Positions 36,797-46,800 are shown, numbered from the stretch's first letter. The stretch is DNA of 64,000 bases from Desulfosudaceae bacterium (GCA_963674745.2 CAXXDV010000001.1:2176001-2240000), one strand, 5' to 3'. Notes: generated from the letters alone by a model not told the origin. Program-made: numbers and translations.

Positions 36797-37816
36797 ATGA
36801 AACTTGGTATCGTGGGTCTGGACGGAGCCGGCAAGACAACCCTGTTCGAGGCCCTGACACGCTCGGCCGAGGACGCCGGGCATAAAAACGAAGACCGCCT
36901 GGCGGTGATTTACGTGCCGGATCAGCGGGTGGATGTGCTGACCGGGATGTATAAGCCGCGCAAGACGATTTACGCCCAGATCGAATATTGCCTGCCTGCC
37001 GGGATAAAGAAAAATGACCGGGAGGCCCGCTGGAATGCAGTTCGGGAGTGTGACGCCCTGATCAACGTGGTCCGGAATTTCCAGATACCGGGAGGCGAGG
37101 CGCCGGCGCCGTATAAGGATATGGCCACTCTGGATGAAGAATTTATCCTGGCCGATTACATGGTGGTCGAAAAAAGGCTGGAACGCATCGAAGCCGATAA
37201 AAAAAGGGGCAAGAAAGCCGACGCGGTTGAGATTTCGCTGCTAGAACAGGCCCGCAAGATGCTGGAGAACAACCAGCCCCTGCGTCTGAACACCGATATA
37301 ACAGGCTCGCCATTGATGCGGGGGTTTACCTTCCTCTCCGGAAAACCGGTCCTGGCCCTGTTGAACAATGAAGATGATGACATGGCCCTGCCTGCCGGAG
37401 ATCCGCCCCCGGGTGTTGAAACCATGGTGGTCAGGGGAAAGCTGGAGCATGAAATATCCCGCATGTCCGACGAAGAGGCCGCCGAGTTTCTAAAGGAGTT
37501 TGACATCACCGAGCCGGCCACCGCCCGGGCCATCAAACGGTCTTATGAGACACTGGGGCTGCTCTCTTTTTTTACGGTGGGGGAGGATGAAGTCCGGGCC
37601 TGGACAATCAAAAAAGAGACACCGGCGGTTAAAGCAGCCGGGGTGATTCATTCAGATATTGAGAAGGGGTTTATCCGGGCCGAAATTGTTTCTTACGATG
37701 ACCTGATCAGCGCCGGCAGTTATGCCGAGGCCAGAAAAAAAGGCACCACCCGGCTGGAAGGTAAGACCTATGTCATGGCGGACGGTGATGTGGTGAATTT
37801 CCGTTTTAATGTTTAG
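36797..37816 (+). CDS. YchF/OLA1-like ATPase (DUF933 C-terminus)
   Basis: GIVGLDGAGKTTLF; FFTVGEDEVRAWT; AAGVIHSDIEKGFIRAE; DGDVVNFRFNV. Confidence 0.88.
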   Translation: MKLGIVGLDGAGKTTLFEALTRSAEDAGHKNEDRLAVIYVPDQRVDVLTGMYKPRKTIYAQIEYCLPAGIKKNDREARWNAVRECDALINVVRNFQIPGGEAPAPYKDMATLDEEFILADYMVVEKRLERIEADKKRGKKADAVEISLLEQARKMLENNQPLRLNTDITGSPLMRGFTFLSGKPVLALLNNEDDDMALPAGDPPPGVETMVVRGKLEHEISRMSDEEAAEFLKEFDITEPATARAIKRSYETLGLLSFFTVGEDEVRAWTIKKETPAVKAAGVIHSDIEKGFIRAEIVSYDDLISAGSYAEARKKGTTRLEGKTYVMADGDVVNFRFNV

Positions 37817-37825
37817 GGGGTTGTT

Positions 37826-38668
37826 GTGATTATTGATTTTCATACCCATATTTTCCCTGAATCGATTCGAAACAACCGGGCCGATTTCTTCAAGGGTGAG
37901 TCGGCCTTCCGCCTGCTGTATGAACCTGAAAAATCAAAAATCGCCAGTGCCGAAGACCTGATCGCGCAGATGGATGAAAGCGGTGTGGACATGGCCGTTA
38001 CCTTTGGTTTCCCCTGGGAATCCCCGGAACTGGCCCGGGAACACAATGATTATATTATCGAGGCCCAGAAACGCTATCCCGAACGGCTGGCCGGTTTGTG
38101 CTGCGTGGGCATGTATCGCGGTGATCCCGCCCGTGAGGTGGCGCGGTGTCTGGATGCCGGACTTTACGGCGTGGGCGAACTGGCCTTCTATCACTCCGGA
38201 ATAGACGAAGAGGCCATCGGGCTGCTGGAACCCGTCATGGCGATCTGCCGCGATCGCGACAAACCGGTCATGATCCACACCAACGAGCCCGTTGGTCATC
38301 AGTATCCCGGCAAGAGCCCCCTTACCGTGGGGCAGATTTATGACCTGGCCGCCGCGTTTCCGGATAACCGCATCGTCCTGGCCCACTGGGGGGGCGGTGT
38401 CTTTTTTTACAATCTGTTGAAGCGGGAAGCAAAAGAGGTGCTAAAAAACGTCTGGTATGATACCGCCGCTTCGCCCTTTCTGTATGATGTCGATATTTAT
38501 AAAACCGCCTGCGCCCTGACCGGACCGGATAAGATCCTGTGGGGTACGGATTTCCCCCTGCTCAAACCGGCCCGTTATTTCAAAGAACTCAACCAGGCCC
38601 GAATTTCTGAAACTGACCGGGCCGCTATTGTTGGCGGCAATGCCGCTGCTGCTTTGGGACTGACGTAA
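37826..38668 (+). CDS. Amidohydrolase family protein
   Basis: IDFHTH, GVGEL, LAHWGGG, YDTAA, WGTDFP. Confidence 0.88.
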   Translation: MIIDFHTHIFPESIRNNRADFFKGESAFRLLYEPEKSKIASAEDLIAQMDESGVDMAVTFGFPWESPELAREHNDYIIEAQKRYPERLAGLCCVGMYRGDPAREVARCLDAGLYGVGELAFYHSGIDEEAIGLLEPVMAICRDRDKPVMIHTNEPVGHQYPGKSPLTVGQIYDLAAAFPDNRIVLAHWGGGVFFYNLLKREAKEVLKNVWYDTAASPFLYDVDIYKTACALTGPDKILWGTDFPLLKPARYFKELNQARISETDRAAIVGGNAAAALGLT

Positions 38669-38794
38669 GATGCGGGTCGTCTCGTTACGTACGAGATTTA
38701 AATAATATTACATAAAGCCTGTGTTCGTCCCTCCTCTGTTCATACAGAAAACTGAAAAACAGGTCCTATAAGGATCGAAGTTTACCCGGTTCGT

Positions 38795-40360
38795 TTATTC
38801 TGTACGTATTATCTCAATCCCATTCAGTGATCTCAAATCATACAAATCAGGACGGCGGTCATGAAGCGGTCTGACGGTTGATAAATGCCGCTGATGGGCC
38901 AAAGCGGAAATGGCCAGTTCGGAAACTACCACCGCCTCGACGTTGGGGTCTGCTTCCCCTTCGACGCCTTTTTCCGGAAAGGAGAAATCGCTGGGCGTCA
39001 GGATGGCGGCCTGGCTGTAATGCATAAAAGAGCCGGCATCCGTGCGCATACTCCCGACACTGCCGGTCATGACGACATATACGAAATTTTCAACGGCCCG
39101 GGCCTGGGCGCAATGTCGGACACGATAATACGCCTTTTTTTCTTCAGTATAGTAAGGGACAAAGATCACTTCCGTTCCGGAAAGGGTTAACAGGCGAGAG
39201 ACTTCCGGGAATTCGATATCATAACAGATCTGAATGGCGATGCGGGCCAGGGGCGTGTCAAACACGCGGATTCCCTCGCCGGGCTGGATATCCCCTTCTA
39301 CACGTTCCGCCGGAGTGATGTGAAGCTTGTCCTGAGTATAGATGTTGCCATGAGGCGTAAACAGATGCGCTGTGTTAAAATATAGCCCATCCCGCAGAAC
39401 GGGGTGTGATCCGCCGATGATGTAAATATTATATTTCATGGCAAATCGCTTAAGCGTATCGATATATTGATCCGTCATGGACGCCAGCTTCTGGATCATC
39501 TCTTTAAAGGTCATGCCTGTCATGCAGCTGAACATAGAATATGTGAAATACTCGGGAAAGAGCAGGAAATGGCAGTGCCAGGCATCGGCCGAATTGACGA
39601 AGAACTCGACGGTCTCTTCGAGGTCTTCCCAGCCGTTGATACGGCGCATGGGGTACTGGGCGGCACACACGCGTATCCGTCGGGCCCTCTGTTTTACAGG
39701 ACTGGCGGCCGTAATCCTTTTCTTGGAAATATCGAAATCGGGGTTGGGCATCTCCAGGAAGGTCGAATAATTCAGGCTGGACTTGTCAACGGTGATGTCC
39801 AGCTGCACATTCTTTACCTGGTATCCGGCCTTCAGGTGCGCGTTCAAGGCAAAATCCTTCAGTTCTCCCCGAGTCACTTTTTCTATGTACTGTTCCGCCG
39901 ACATCTTTCCGGCGTGCTCTTTGTAACCGGGGATTCGTCCATAAGCGATCATCCGGCGCAGATTGTATCGCTTCAAGAGAACCTTACGGCGTTTATATAA
40001 AAGGCCGGACACACCCCTGCGCCGGAAGTCGGGATGAACGGCCATATCCGCCCCGTAGAGTGTGTCGCCGTCGGGATTGTGCGTGCTGAACGTGCTGGCT
40101 CCGGTAAGTTCATCCACCGTATACCAGAACTCATCGTCGATGCTGATGATCGTAGAGGTGGCGTATCCGACGATCCGGCTACCTGCCACGGCCACAAACT
40201 GGCCGTCCGGAAACGCTGCAAATTGCATTTCATAGATGCGCGGTGGATAGATGAATTCCGGAGGATAATCGCTGTAGGCCGCCCGGCTGCACTCGATAAT
40301 TGCGGGGATATCATCCGACCGCCATCGGCGTGTTGTGATTTTGGTACTTGTTTTGCTCAT
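38795..40360 (-). CDS. Bifunctional GNAT acetyltransferase / carbon-nitrogen hydrolase (nitrilase superfamily)
   Basis: VHPDFRRRGVS (GNAT motif A); nitrilase triad FPEY, QDKLH, ICYD; ARAVEN. Confidence 0.9.
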   Translation of the reverse strand: MSKTSTKITTRRWRSDDIPAIIECSRAAYSDYPPEFIYPPRIYEMQFAAFPDGQFVAVAGSRIVGYATSTIISIDDEFWYTVDELTGASTFSTHNPDGDTLYGADMAVHPDFRRRGVSGLLYKRRKVLLKRYNLRRMIAYGRIPGYKEHAGKMSAEQYIEKVTRGELKDFALNAHLKAGYQVKNVQLDITVDKSSLNYSTFLEMPNPDFDISKKRITAASPVKQRARRIRVCAAQYPMRRINGWEDLEETVEFFVNSADAWHCHFLLFPEYFTYSMFSCMTGMTFKEMIQKLASMTDQYIDTLKRFAMKYNIYIIGGSHPVLRDGLYFNTAHLFTPHGNIYTQDKLHITPAERVEGDIQPGEGIRVFDTPLARIAIQICYDIEFPEVSRLLTLSGTEVIFVPYYTEEKKAYYRVRHCAQARAVENFVYVVMTGSVGSMRTDAGSFMHYSQAAILTPSDFSFPEKGVEGEADPNVEAVVVSELAISALAHQRHLSTVRPLHDRRPDLYDLRSLNGIEIIRTE

Positions 40361-40602
40361 TGGTTGTTGCCTCTCCGTTCTTTTTGTTCCACGAGACCGC
40401 ACAGATGCGTGCAAATCCCTGTAAACGCACTTTCCATTAAAAATAAACGGTTTTCACCGGTACGCATTCCCACTTGATCCGTTTTTTTTAACAAAAACGC
40501 ATATCAACATTATATCTTTGAGCGCTTGATGCGGTATTTCCCGGTGTCCTGCATTTCTCGTTTCCTGTCGGAAATACCCGCAGGCAGCAAACGATTTGTT
40601 GT

Positions 40603-41913
40603 TTATACAGTGACAACCCCGGGCAGGGGTTTGATAAAATTCTGGCGGAGACTATATGTGTAGGCGCCCTGATTGGGTATCATGAGCACGTCCCCGGGTT
40701 GAATATCACCGCCCCAATAAGAATATCCCCATACATCATGAGGCGTACAGAGAGAACCGAGAATGAGGCATCTTTTTTCCTTTATTTCCGGACGTGTCAG
40801 GTTCAGTATCGGCGCGTAATCAGTTTCAAATCGTTCCCAGCCGATGGCATTCGTTCCCGCATCCGTGATTACAAGGTCGTTCGCCTTCTTGTCCACCACG
40901 GTAACAAAGAGATGCATGGCATCGTTGCAAATCCAGCGTCCCGGCTCAAAACAGACCCGGCAGGGAAACACGGCCCTGAGACTCTCCCGGACAGCAGCGC
41001 CCAGGGTTTCGGCAAAATCGCTGATCGGACAGGCAGGCAGGCGGTAATGCGTCTCCCCGTTGTCAACTGGTGTGCCACAAGCCTTTTTCACCAGTCCGAC
41101 CGGTGTTCCGGCAGGCTGGAGCCATTCACCCTGCTCGGGCCAGTACCCACCCCCGATATCGACAAATTCGATTCGTTTCCGCCAGTCTTCCGGTTTCTTT
41201 TCAAGCGCGTCTCCCAGAAGATGCAGAAAACGCACCTGTGCATCCGGCGTGAGATTCCAACTGGTATGAAACTGCAACCCTTTCAATAAGACATGACGGC
41301 ACTGCAATCCTTTTTCCCAGAATTCTTCCAGCGCATCCAGCGGAATGCCGAATTTGCGCCACAGACCGGATGTGTCCGTAGTCAGTCTCACACCGGCCCG
41401 CACGGTCTGATTCGCCCGGGACGCTATACGCTCTAATCGTGTCAATTCATTGAAGCTGTCAATCAAAACGACCACACGATCCGCATTGTTCACCGCAAGT
41501 ATCAATTCATGATCGGTCTTACCCGGACCGCTGAAAATAATATCATCAGCGCCAAGCATCAGGGCCATATCGAGCTCCAGGCCACTGGATACATCCAGTC
41601 CGAAACCTGTTGAAAGAAGCGTCCGGGCCGCATCCGGATGATTGTTGCTTTTTACGGCATAATAAAAAGACACGTCCGGCAGTACATTCTGAAATTCTTT
41701 CATGAAATGCCGGGAACGCTCTTTCAGCCCGGATGTTTCCAGAAGATAAAGAGGCGGCACATGATCTTTAAGTATGCGCCTGTACCTGTCGCCACAATTG
41801 AAATAATACGCTACAAAGGATATCAGGTCTTTTTCCGGAAACACCGGTGTGTTTTCATTCAGTAAGAAATCATCCGGGTAGCCCATGTTTTCGTAATCTC
41901 TTTCGTTTCTCAA
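40603..41913 (-). CDS. PLP-dependent decarboxylase, fold type III (Orn/DAP/Arg decarboxylase family)
   Basis: YAVKSN (PLP Lys), DVSSGLE, SGPGK, KFG, DIGGG, EPGR, GSLC..HD, GAY. Confidence 0.9.
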   Translation of the reverse strand: MRNERDYENMGYPDDFLLNENTPVFPEKDLISFVAYYFNCGDRYRRILKDHVPPLYLLETSGLKERSRHFMKEFQNVLPDVSFYYAVKSNNHPDAARTLLSTGFGLDVSSGLELDMALMLGADDIIFSGPGKTDHELILAVNNADRVVVLIDSFNELTRLERIASRANQTVRAGVRLTTDTSGLWRKFGIPLDALEEFWEKGLQCRHVLLKGLQFHTSWNLTPDAQVRFLHLLGDALEKKPEDWRKRIEFVDIGGGYWPEQGEWLQPAGTPVGLVKKACGTPVDNGETHYRLPACPISDFAETLGAAVRESLRAVFPCRVCFEPGRWICNDAMHLFVTVVDKKANDLVITDAGTNAIGWERFETDYAPILNLTRPEIKEKRCLILGSLCTPHDVWGYSYWGGDIQPGDVLMIPNQGAYTYSLRQNFIKPLPGVVTV

Positions 41914-43217
41914 TCCGATTCATATTCGAATACGATATTATTTATAATGTCCTGGCATTCGGCACCAATATCATCCATACCAGGCGCAATGATCACATGG
42001 CCCAACTGCCAGGCGTCATAATCTTCCGGCGGCGTCCGGACAACATGTCCGGGTTTTTTGGATATAAATATTTCCCGCACCCGTGGATCGCCTTCAATAC
42101 CCCTGGTATTCACCTGCTTCAATACCCCTTCCTGCATCGAGAATAATCGTACCCCGGTATACGGCGTGTTATCATCCGGATCATCTATCCGGACAGGATA
42201 CTGGCGCGCGAAGTCAATATTCAGCTTCAGGATATCCATGTTCCGGCAGTTTTTGAGAAGAAAGGGAAGGCAATCGCCACCCGGTCGAGGGGTCATTTCC
42301 AGAAATATGATTTGATCATTGCAAGTCATGATGTCTACCATGCAGACAGCGCGGGAAATCCCCAGGGCTTCAGCGCCCCGCACCAGCAGGTTTTCGAAAT
42401 CCGTTTCCCGGATCAAATCGGGTAAGTGATTGACAAGCGTATATGCCCGGGTCGTTCCAAATGGGCCGCCATCAAACGGTGTCTTTCGACACAACCGCAG
42501 CACCCTGGCCCGATGGTTTTCAATTATGAAATCACCGCTGTACTCAACGCCGTCCACATATTCTTCGGCCATGATGTCAGGTCGACCGGCAGCAACACGA
42601 CTGTACATGCGATGAAACGACCGTAAATCCAGACCCTCCCGTATTGTCCGGTATGCGCTCCAGCATTCACTTTCAGTCCGGCAGATAAAAACCAGTTCGC
42701 TGCCGCTTCCACTGACCGGTTTTATTACCAGCGGTTTTCCAATGGTGTTCAAAACTTCAACCACTTCTTTTTCGGAACGCACAAGCCTCGCTCTTGGACA
42801 TGGCACACCGGCCGTATGCCATGCCGTGCGTGTCAGGTGTTTGTTCCGGCATTTCCGAATGGCGTCCGGCGAGGGATAAGACAATTCATATTCCCGCGCA
42901 AGTATCGCCGTCAGTTCCATCGATTCACAGTCAAAACAGGCGATCCCGTTTAGCGACAGGCCTTCGCGGTCTATATGATTCTGAAGGTGTTGTCGAACCA
43001 GACTTACATCTGTAAGCCGGCAAAGAATTTCATCGTGGAAAAGAAGGGGGGGTAAACCCGCGGACGCACGGACAGCCGGATCGGTAATAAACAACGCTTC
43101 ACCGGGGCAGGCCTGCCTTATCCACTCAATATAGTCGGCGGTAGAACCAACGACCAGCACTTTAGATTCAAACGGCATGGTCCATTGCCCGAACGTATGT
43201 ATCTGTTGTTTCTGCAT
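41910..43217 (-). CDS. ATP-grasp domain protein (L-amino-acid-ligase-like)
   Basis: CRNK..R; PLVIKPVSGSGS..V; EEYVDGVEYS; LEMTPRPGGD. Confidence 0.85.
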   Translation of the reverse strand: MQKQQIHTFGQWTMPFESKVLVVGSTADYIEWIRQACPGEALFITDPAVRASAGLPPLLFHDEILCRLTDVSLVRQHLQNHIDREGLSLNGIACFDCESMELTAILAREYELSYPSPDAIRKCRNKHLTRTAWHTAGVPCPRARLVRSEKEVVEVLNTIGKPLVIKPVSGSGSELVFICRTESECWSAYRTIREGLDLRSFHRMYSRVAAGRPDIMAEEYVDGVEYSGDFIIENHRARVLRLCRKTPFDGGPFGTTRAYTLVNHLPDLIRETDFENLLVRGAEALGISRAVCMVDIMTCNDQIIFLEMTPRPGGDCLPFLLKNCRNMDILKLNIDFARQYPVRIDDPDDNTPYTGVRLFSMQEGVLKQVNTRGIEGDPRVREIFISKKPGHVVRTPPEDYDAWQLGHVIIAPGMDDIGAECQDIINNIVFEYESD

Positions 43218-44136
43218 GCGTTACAAATGGAATATCCATTTTGAAAAGTGGTCTGGGCGTCAGTCGAAACCGTTCCTTCCACCCGAAATCACCGCACAGA
43301 AAATCAACGGATATCATATGTTCACGGCATGCCCGTTCCATATGATGCAAGTTGATCAGTTTGGCCACACCGGGAAAATCGGCGTTCGTTCCACCGGCAA
43401 GAAGGGTATAGCGCCCCTTATAGACCGAGCCCATGTCCACGGCAGCCAGCTTGCCGCCCAGTTCCACGGCCGTGATCCGGAGCATGCCGTTATCTTGGAG
43501 CCAGTTCGCAAGATTTTGAAAGGCGCGAAGGAAACGGGCATCACTGAAATATGATGCCTCTCTGAATGTCTTCTGATTAAGTTTAAACAATCTGTCCAGA
43601 TCCGGCAGGCTGTCATATCTCCACGTAACGCCAATCGACTCCAGGCGATTCACCTCCTGCAGGATTTTTTTACGCGACTTGCCGGGAAATTGGTCAAGAT
43701 AAGTCTTGAATGAATATTGATAATCACCAGGGTAGAACAAGTACCCCATCTCATCTATTACCTGTAGCTCAACGCACATATTCAGGGACTCGCCGGTCAG
43801 GTAACGGATATGCGCCTGGCCCGGTATGTGTTCCACCAAAGCATGGAACACATTTTCATCTCTTGAGATAATGCGGTTTTGTTCAAGCCATGTCCCTCCC
43901 GCCCATAGTTCACCGGGGAAATGTGCGTATGTACGCGTCTCCATCATCCGGCTCAACGCCAGCATACCGGCAACTTGATCACCATCTTCAGCAATGATAA
44001 AGTGCGGTTTGTGGTTGAACTCACGCTGGAAAGACGCCCGTACCGGCCACAGGTCAAATACCTTTTCCTTCGGCCAGGCCTTTGTCCAGCAGCGTTCTGC
44101 CTCTTCCAGATCGTCGCATATCCGCACATTAAACAT
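43168..44136 (-). CDS. GNAT-family N-acyltransferase (tandem-GNAT/FemAB-like fold)
   Basis: YL..F.GKSRKKI; GGTNADFPGVAKLINLHHME.AC; VDFLCGDFGWKERF. Confidence 0.75.
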   Translation of the reverse strand: MFNVRICDDLEEAERCWTKAWPKEKVFDLWPVRASFQREFNHKPHFIIAEDGDQVAGMLALSRMMETRTYAHFPGELWAGGTWLEQNRIISRDENVFHALVEHIPGQAHIRYLTGESLNMCVELQVIDEMGYLFYPGDYQYSFKTYLDQFPGKSRKKILQEVNRLESIGVTWRYDSLPDLDRLFKLNQKTFREASYFSDARFLRAFQNLANWLQDNGMLRITAVELGGKLAAVDMGSVYKGRYTLLAGGTNADFPGVAKLINLHHMERACREHMISVDFLCGDFGWKERFRLTPRPLFKMDIPFVTHAETTDTYVRAMDHAV

Positions 44137-44147
44137 GACGCTACTCC

Positions 44148-44594
44148 TTACTGCCTGAGTGTCACATTAAGCTGGCTGTGTGTCCCGCCAAAGAAGGCCT
44201 GGGCAAACGCTCTGACTACTTCAGGGTCGTACGGCTTGCAACTGAACACGTCCAGATACGTGCTGTTGGTCAGATTTGCAAAATGAGCTGAAATAAGTGA
44301 TGTTTCAATCAGCTGAACCATTGAGTATCCGGCTACTCGCTCATCTTCGCCGAAATGAACCACCTGGGTTTCCCCAAAACGTTTCATTTCTATGAGATCA
44401 CACAACTCTTTTACAAAACGTTTGATTTCGTCTGCGTCTCTGATTTTCATGGGATCGCAGTCATAAATGTCGATTGCGGAGGCAATACCCCATACGTTCA
44501 TGGCGATTGCTTTTTGTTTGATGAACGAATAGCAGTTGTCATCCTTTTCTTCGTCCGGATACGCTCCTCTTTCCCCCTCAACCAAATTTTTCAT
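44148..44594 (-). CDS. Pyruvoyl-dependent S-adenosylmethionine decarboxylase (SpeD/SpeH)-like proenzyme
   Basis: IDIYDCD; GYS.VQLIETSLISAHF; YLDVFSCK. Confidence 0.85.
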   Translation of the reverse strand: MKNLVEGERGAYPDEEKDDNCYSFIKQKAIAMNVWGIASAIDIYDCDPMKIRDADEIKRFVKELCDLIEMKRFGETQVVHFGEDERVAGYSMVQLIETSLISAHFANLTNSTYLDVFSCKPYDPEVVRAFAQAFFGGTHSQLNVTLRQ

Positions 44595-44645
44595 TTTTTA
44601 CTCTCCCTTCGATCTTGAAGTATTGAACGAAAACGTTACGCTTCG

Positions 44646-44786
44646 TTATGAATTTTCTTCCCACATCTTGTCCTTTAGTGTTTTCTGCCTGTGATGCCGC
44701 TTTCCGGACTTTTTGTCTTTTTTTTTGTTGAAATCCATTTCATCGTCCAGGGTATTCATGTGCCTGTTCTTTTTCTTTTTAGACAT
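44646..44786 (-). CDS. Small Lys-rich peptide (46 aa), first ORF of the sigma54 operon
   Basis: GAGGT RBS upstream of ATG 44786; MSKKKKNRHMNTLDDEMDFNKKKDKKSGKRHHRQKTLKDKMWEENS. Confidence 0.6.
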   Translation of the reverse strand: MSKKKKNRHMNTLDDEMDFNKKKDKKSGKRHHRQKTLKDKMWEENS

Positions 44787-44862
44787 GTGAACCTCAAAAT
44801 ATTGTACCTGTTTCAACCGGCTGATTAATATCTCGTCCCGATCAATTCCTTTTAATGTGCAT

Positions 44863-44878
44863 AGCATTTTATGTGCCA
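44863..44878 (-). promoter_or_regulatory. Sigma54 (-24/-12) promoter
   Basis: TGGCACATAAAATGCT = GG-N10-GC; adjacent to a divergent enhancer-binding protein gene. Confidence 0.85.
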
Positions 44879-45203
44879 GTACGTTAAAAATATTTAACAA
44901 ACTGAATTTATTTGATTATATTTTTCAGGAAGGGCTTGGGGAAAATGCGTAAACGCAAAAATATGGTATTACTATGCCGATTTATTTTTTTTAGGAAACT
45001 TATTGCTTATTTATGGCGGGCTATGTTATAATTGTCAGAATTTGAAGTAATGAGACTCAGGAAAACTGAAAAGCGGTGCAGGAAGTTTTATTATACATTA
45101 CATTTGTATAGCTTAATAGTAAGGTACAATAAATTTTATGACTTCGGATTAACGCTGTCAAGCTTAAAAAAGTGGAATTTTTATTCCGATTTAGGGAAAA
45201 ATA

Positions 45204-46619
45204 ATGATTATTCGTTTAGTCCTGGCTTTAGACGACAGGCACCTGCAGAAGAAACTGGAAAAAGAGTTTACCGGTCCGGATATTCAAACAGAAAAATACG
45301 GCCACCTGAAGGACGCATGGCAGAAAGTAGAGCGCAGTTGCGGTGATGTTATCATCATCAGCGAATCGAGACTCTTGCAGCCGGTTGAAACCGGTATCGC
45401 TAATTTGAATAACCTCCCTGAAAACCCTGTCACGATCATCCTTCATCACTCCGATTCGTCTGAAAAAATGGCCCAGTTAACAGCCGCCGGTGCCGATGTC
45501 GTTCTTTCCACAGGTATTTCACATCAGAGCCTGGTAGAGGCAATAGATACCACACTGGAGTCCAGGCGACAATTTGTTCAAAAAGAGTCCCTGGCACGTC
45601 GCGGTATTATCTCTCCCCGCCTGGGCGATTTTGTAATGGACAGCGAGGTCATGCGGATTTTTATCTCTGAAGTGCAGCAGATCGTTCAGAGTGATTCACC
45701 CATCCTTATCACCGGAGAAACCGGAGTGGGGAAGGAGCATCTTGCCAAAGCCATTCATGCCGAAAGCGTAAGGTCAAACGGTCCTTTTGTAACTGTCAAC
45801 ACAACGGCCTTTCCGGACCAACTCCTGGAAAGTGAATTGTTCGGCCATGAGCAGGGTGCATTTACGGGTGCAACCCGATATCGCCGCGGTTCCTTTGAGC
45901 AGGCTCACGGCGGCACCCTTTTTCTTGATGAAATCGGGGATATGCCTCTCCATTTGCAGGCCAAGCTCTTACGCGTTCTTCAGGATTATGAAGTCAAACC
46001 CCTTGGAAGTGAAAAGTCGATCTGGGTGGATATTCGTGTTATTGCTGCAACAAATAAAGATTTGGAAAAAGAGATCGAAAAAGGCAATTTCCGTCTGGAT
46101 CTGTATTACCGTTTAAGCGTTCTGTCTCTAACGATTCCCCCACTGCGTGAACGTCGTGAAGACATCCCGGCGCTTTCCCGGCGTTTTATTAATTACAACC
46201 GATACAAACTGAACAAAGACCCCTACCGATTGTCCCAGGATGCTATCGATGTCCTTTGCGCTTACGAATGGCCGGGGAACACGCGAGAACTGATGAACAT
46301 CATTGAACGGGCCATGCTTCTTTCACAACATAACGAGATTACGCTAAAAGATCTGCCACAGATATTCCACAGAGGCATAAATATCACGTCCGATATACCG
46401 GACATTGCCCCGTTTTTATTTGTCAACGGGATGAAAAACAAAACCCTTCCTGAAATCCTTGAGGCCGTCCGGGATCATGTTGAAAAAAAATATATTGAAA
46501 TGGTTTTGACTGAGACCGCCGGCCGCGTCGGGAGGGCTGCCGGTAAAGCCGGAATTAATCAAAGAGGGTTTTATAATAAGATGAAGAAATACGGATTACG
46601 GAAAGAAGACTTTAAATAA
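45204..46619 (+). CDS. Sigma54-dependent enhancer-binding activator with degenerate receiver-like N-terminus
   Basis: GETGVGKE, ESELFGH..GAFTGA, LFLDEIG, WPGNTREL, C-terminal HTH; receiver lacks the canonical phospho-Asp. Confidence 0.92.
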   Translation: MIIRLVLALDDRHLQKKLEKEFTGPDIQTEKYGHLKDAWQKVERSCGDVIIISESRLLQPVETGIANLNNLPENPVTIILHHSDSSEKMAQLTAAGADVVLSTGISHQSLVEAIDTTLESRRQFVQKESLARRGIISPRLGDFVMDSEVMRIFISEVQQIVQSDSPILITGETGVGKEHLAKAIHAESVRSNGPFVTVNTTAFPDQLLESELFGHEQGAFTGATRYRRGSFEQAHGGTLFLDEIGDMPLHLQAKLLRVLQDYEVKPLGSEKSIWVDIRVIAATNKDLEKEIEKGNFRLDLYYRLSVLSLTIPPLRERREDIPALSRRFINYNRYKLNKDPYRLSQDAIDVLCAYEWPGNTRELMNIIERAMLLSQHNEITLKDLPQIFHRGINITSDIPDIAPFLFVNGMKNKTLPEILEAVRDHVEKKYIEMVLTETAGRVGRAAGKAGINQRGFYNKMKKYGLRKEDFK

Positions 46620-46800
46620 TGAGACAATGATAAAAAAGACGGTTCGTCCACTTTTTCCCCGATACCTTCGAGCTTCTTGAGCGGGTACGATGTTGCTGTT
46701 TTATAACACAAATATTGACCATTAACGTTATTTTTGATATATAGACATAAAATATAGGTGGTTAGTCCTTAACCAGGGTTAAATTATCAGGCAGGCAAAC

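Noticed and set aside
40603..41913. lysA gene symbol
   Set aside because: The family is clear, but specificity cannot be read from the motifs and the context suggests a specialised role
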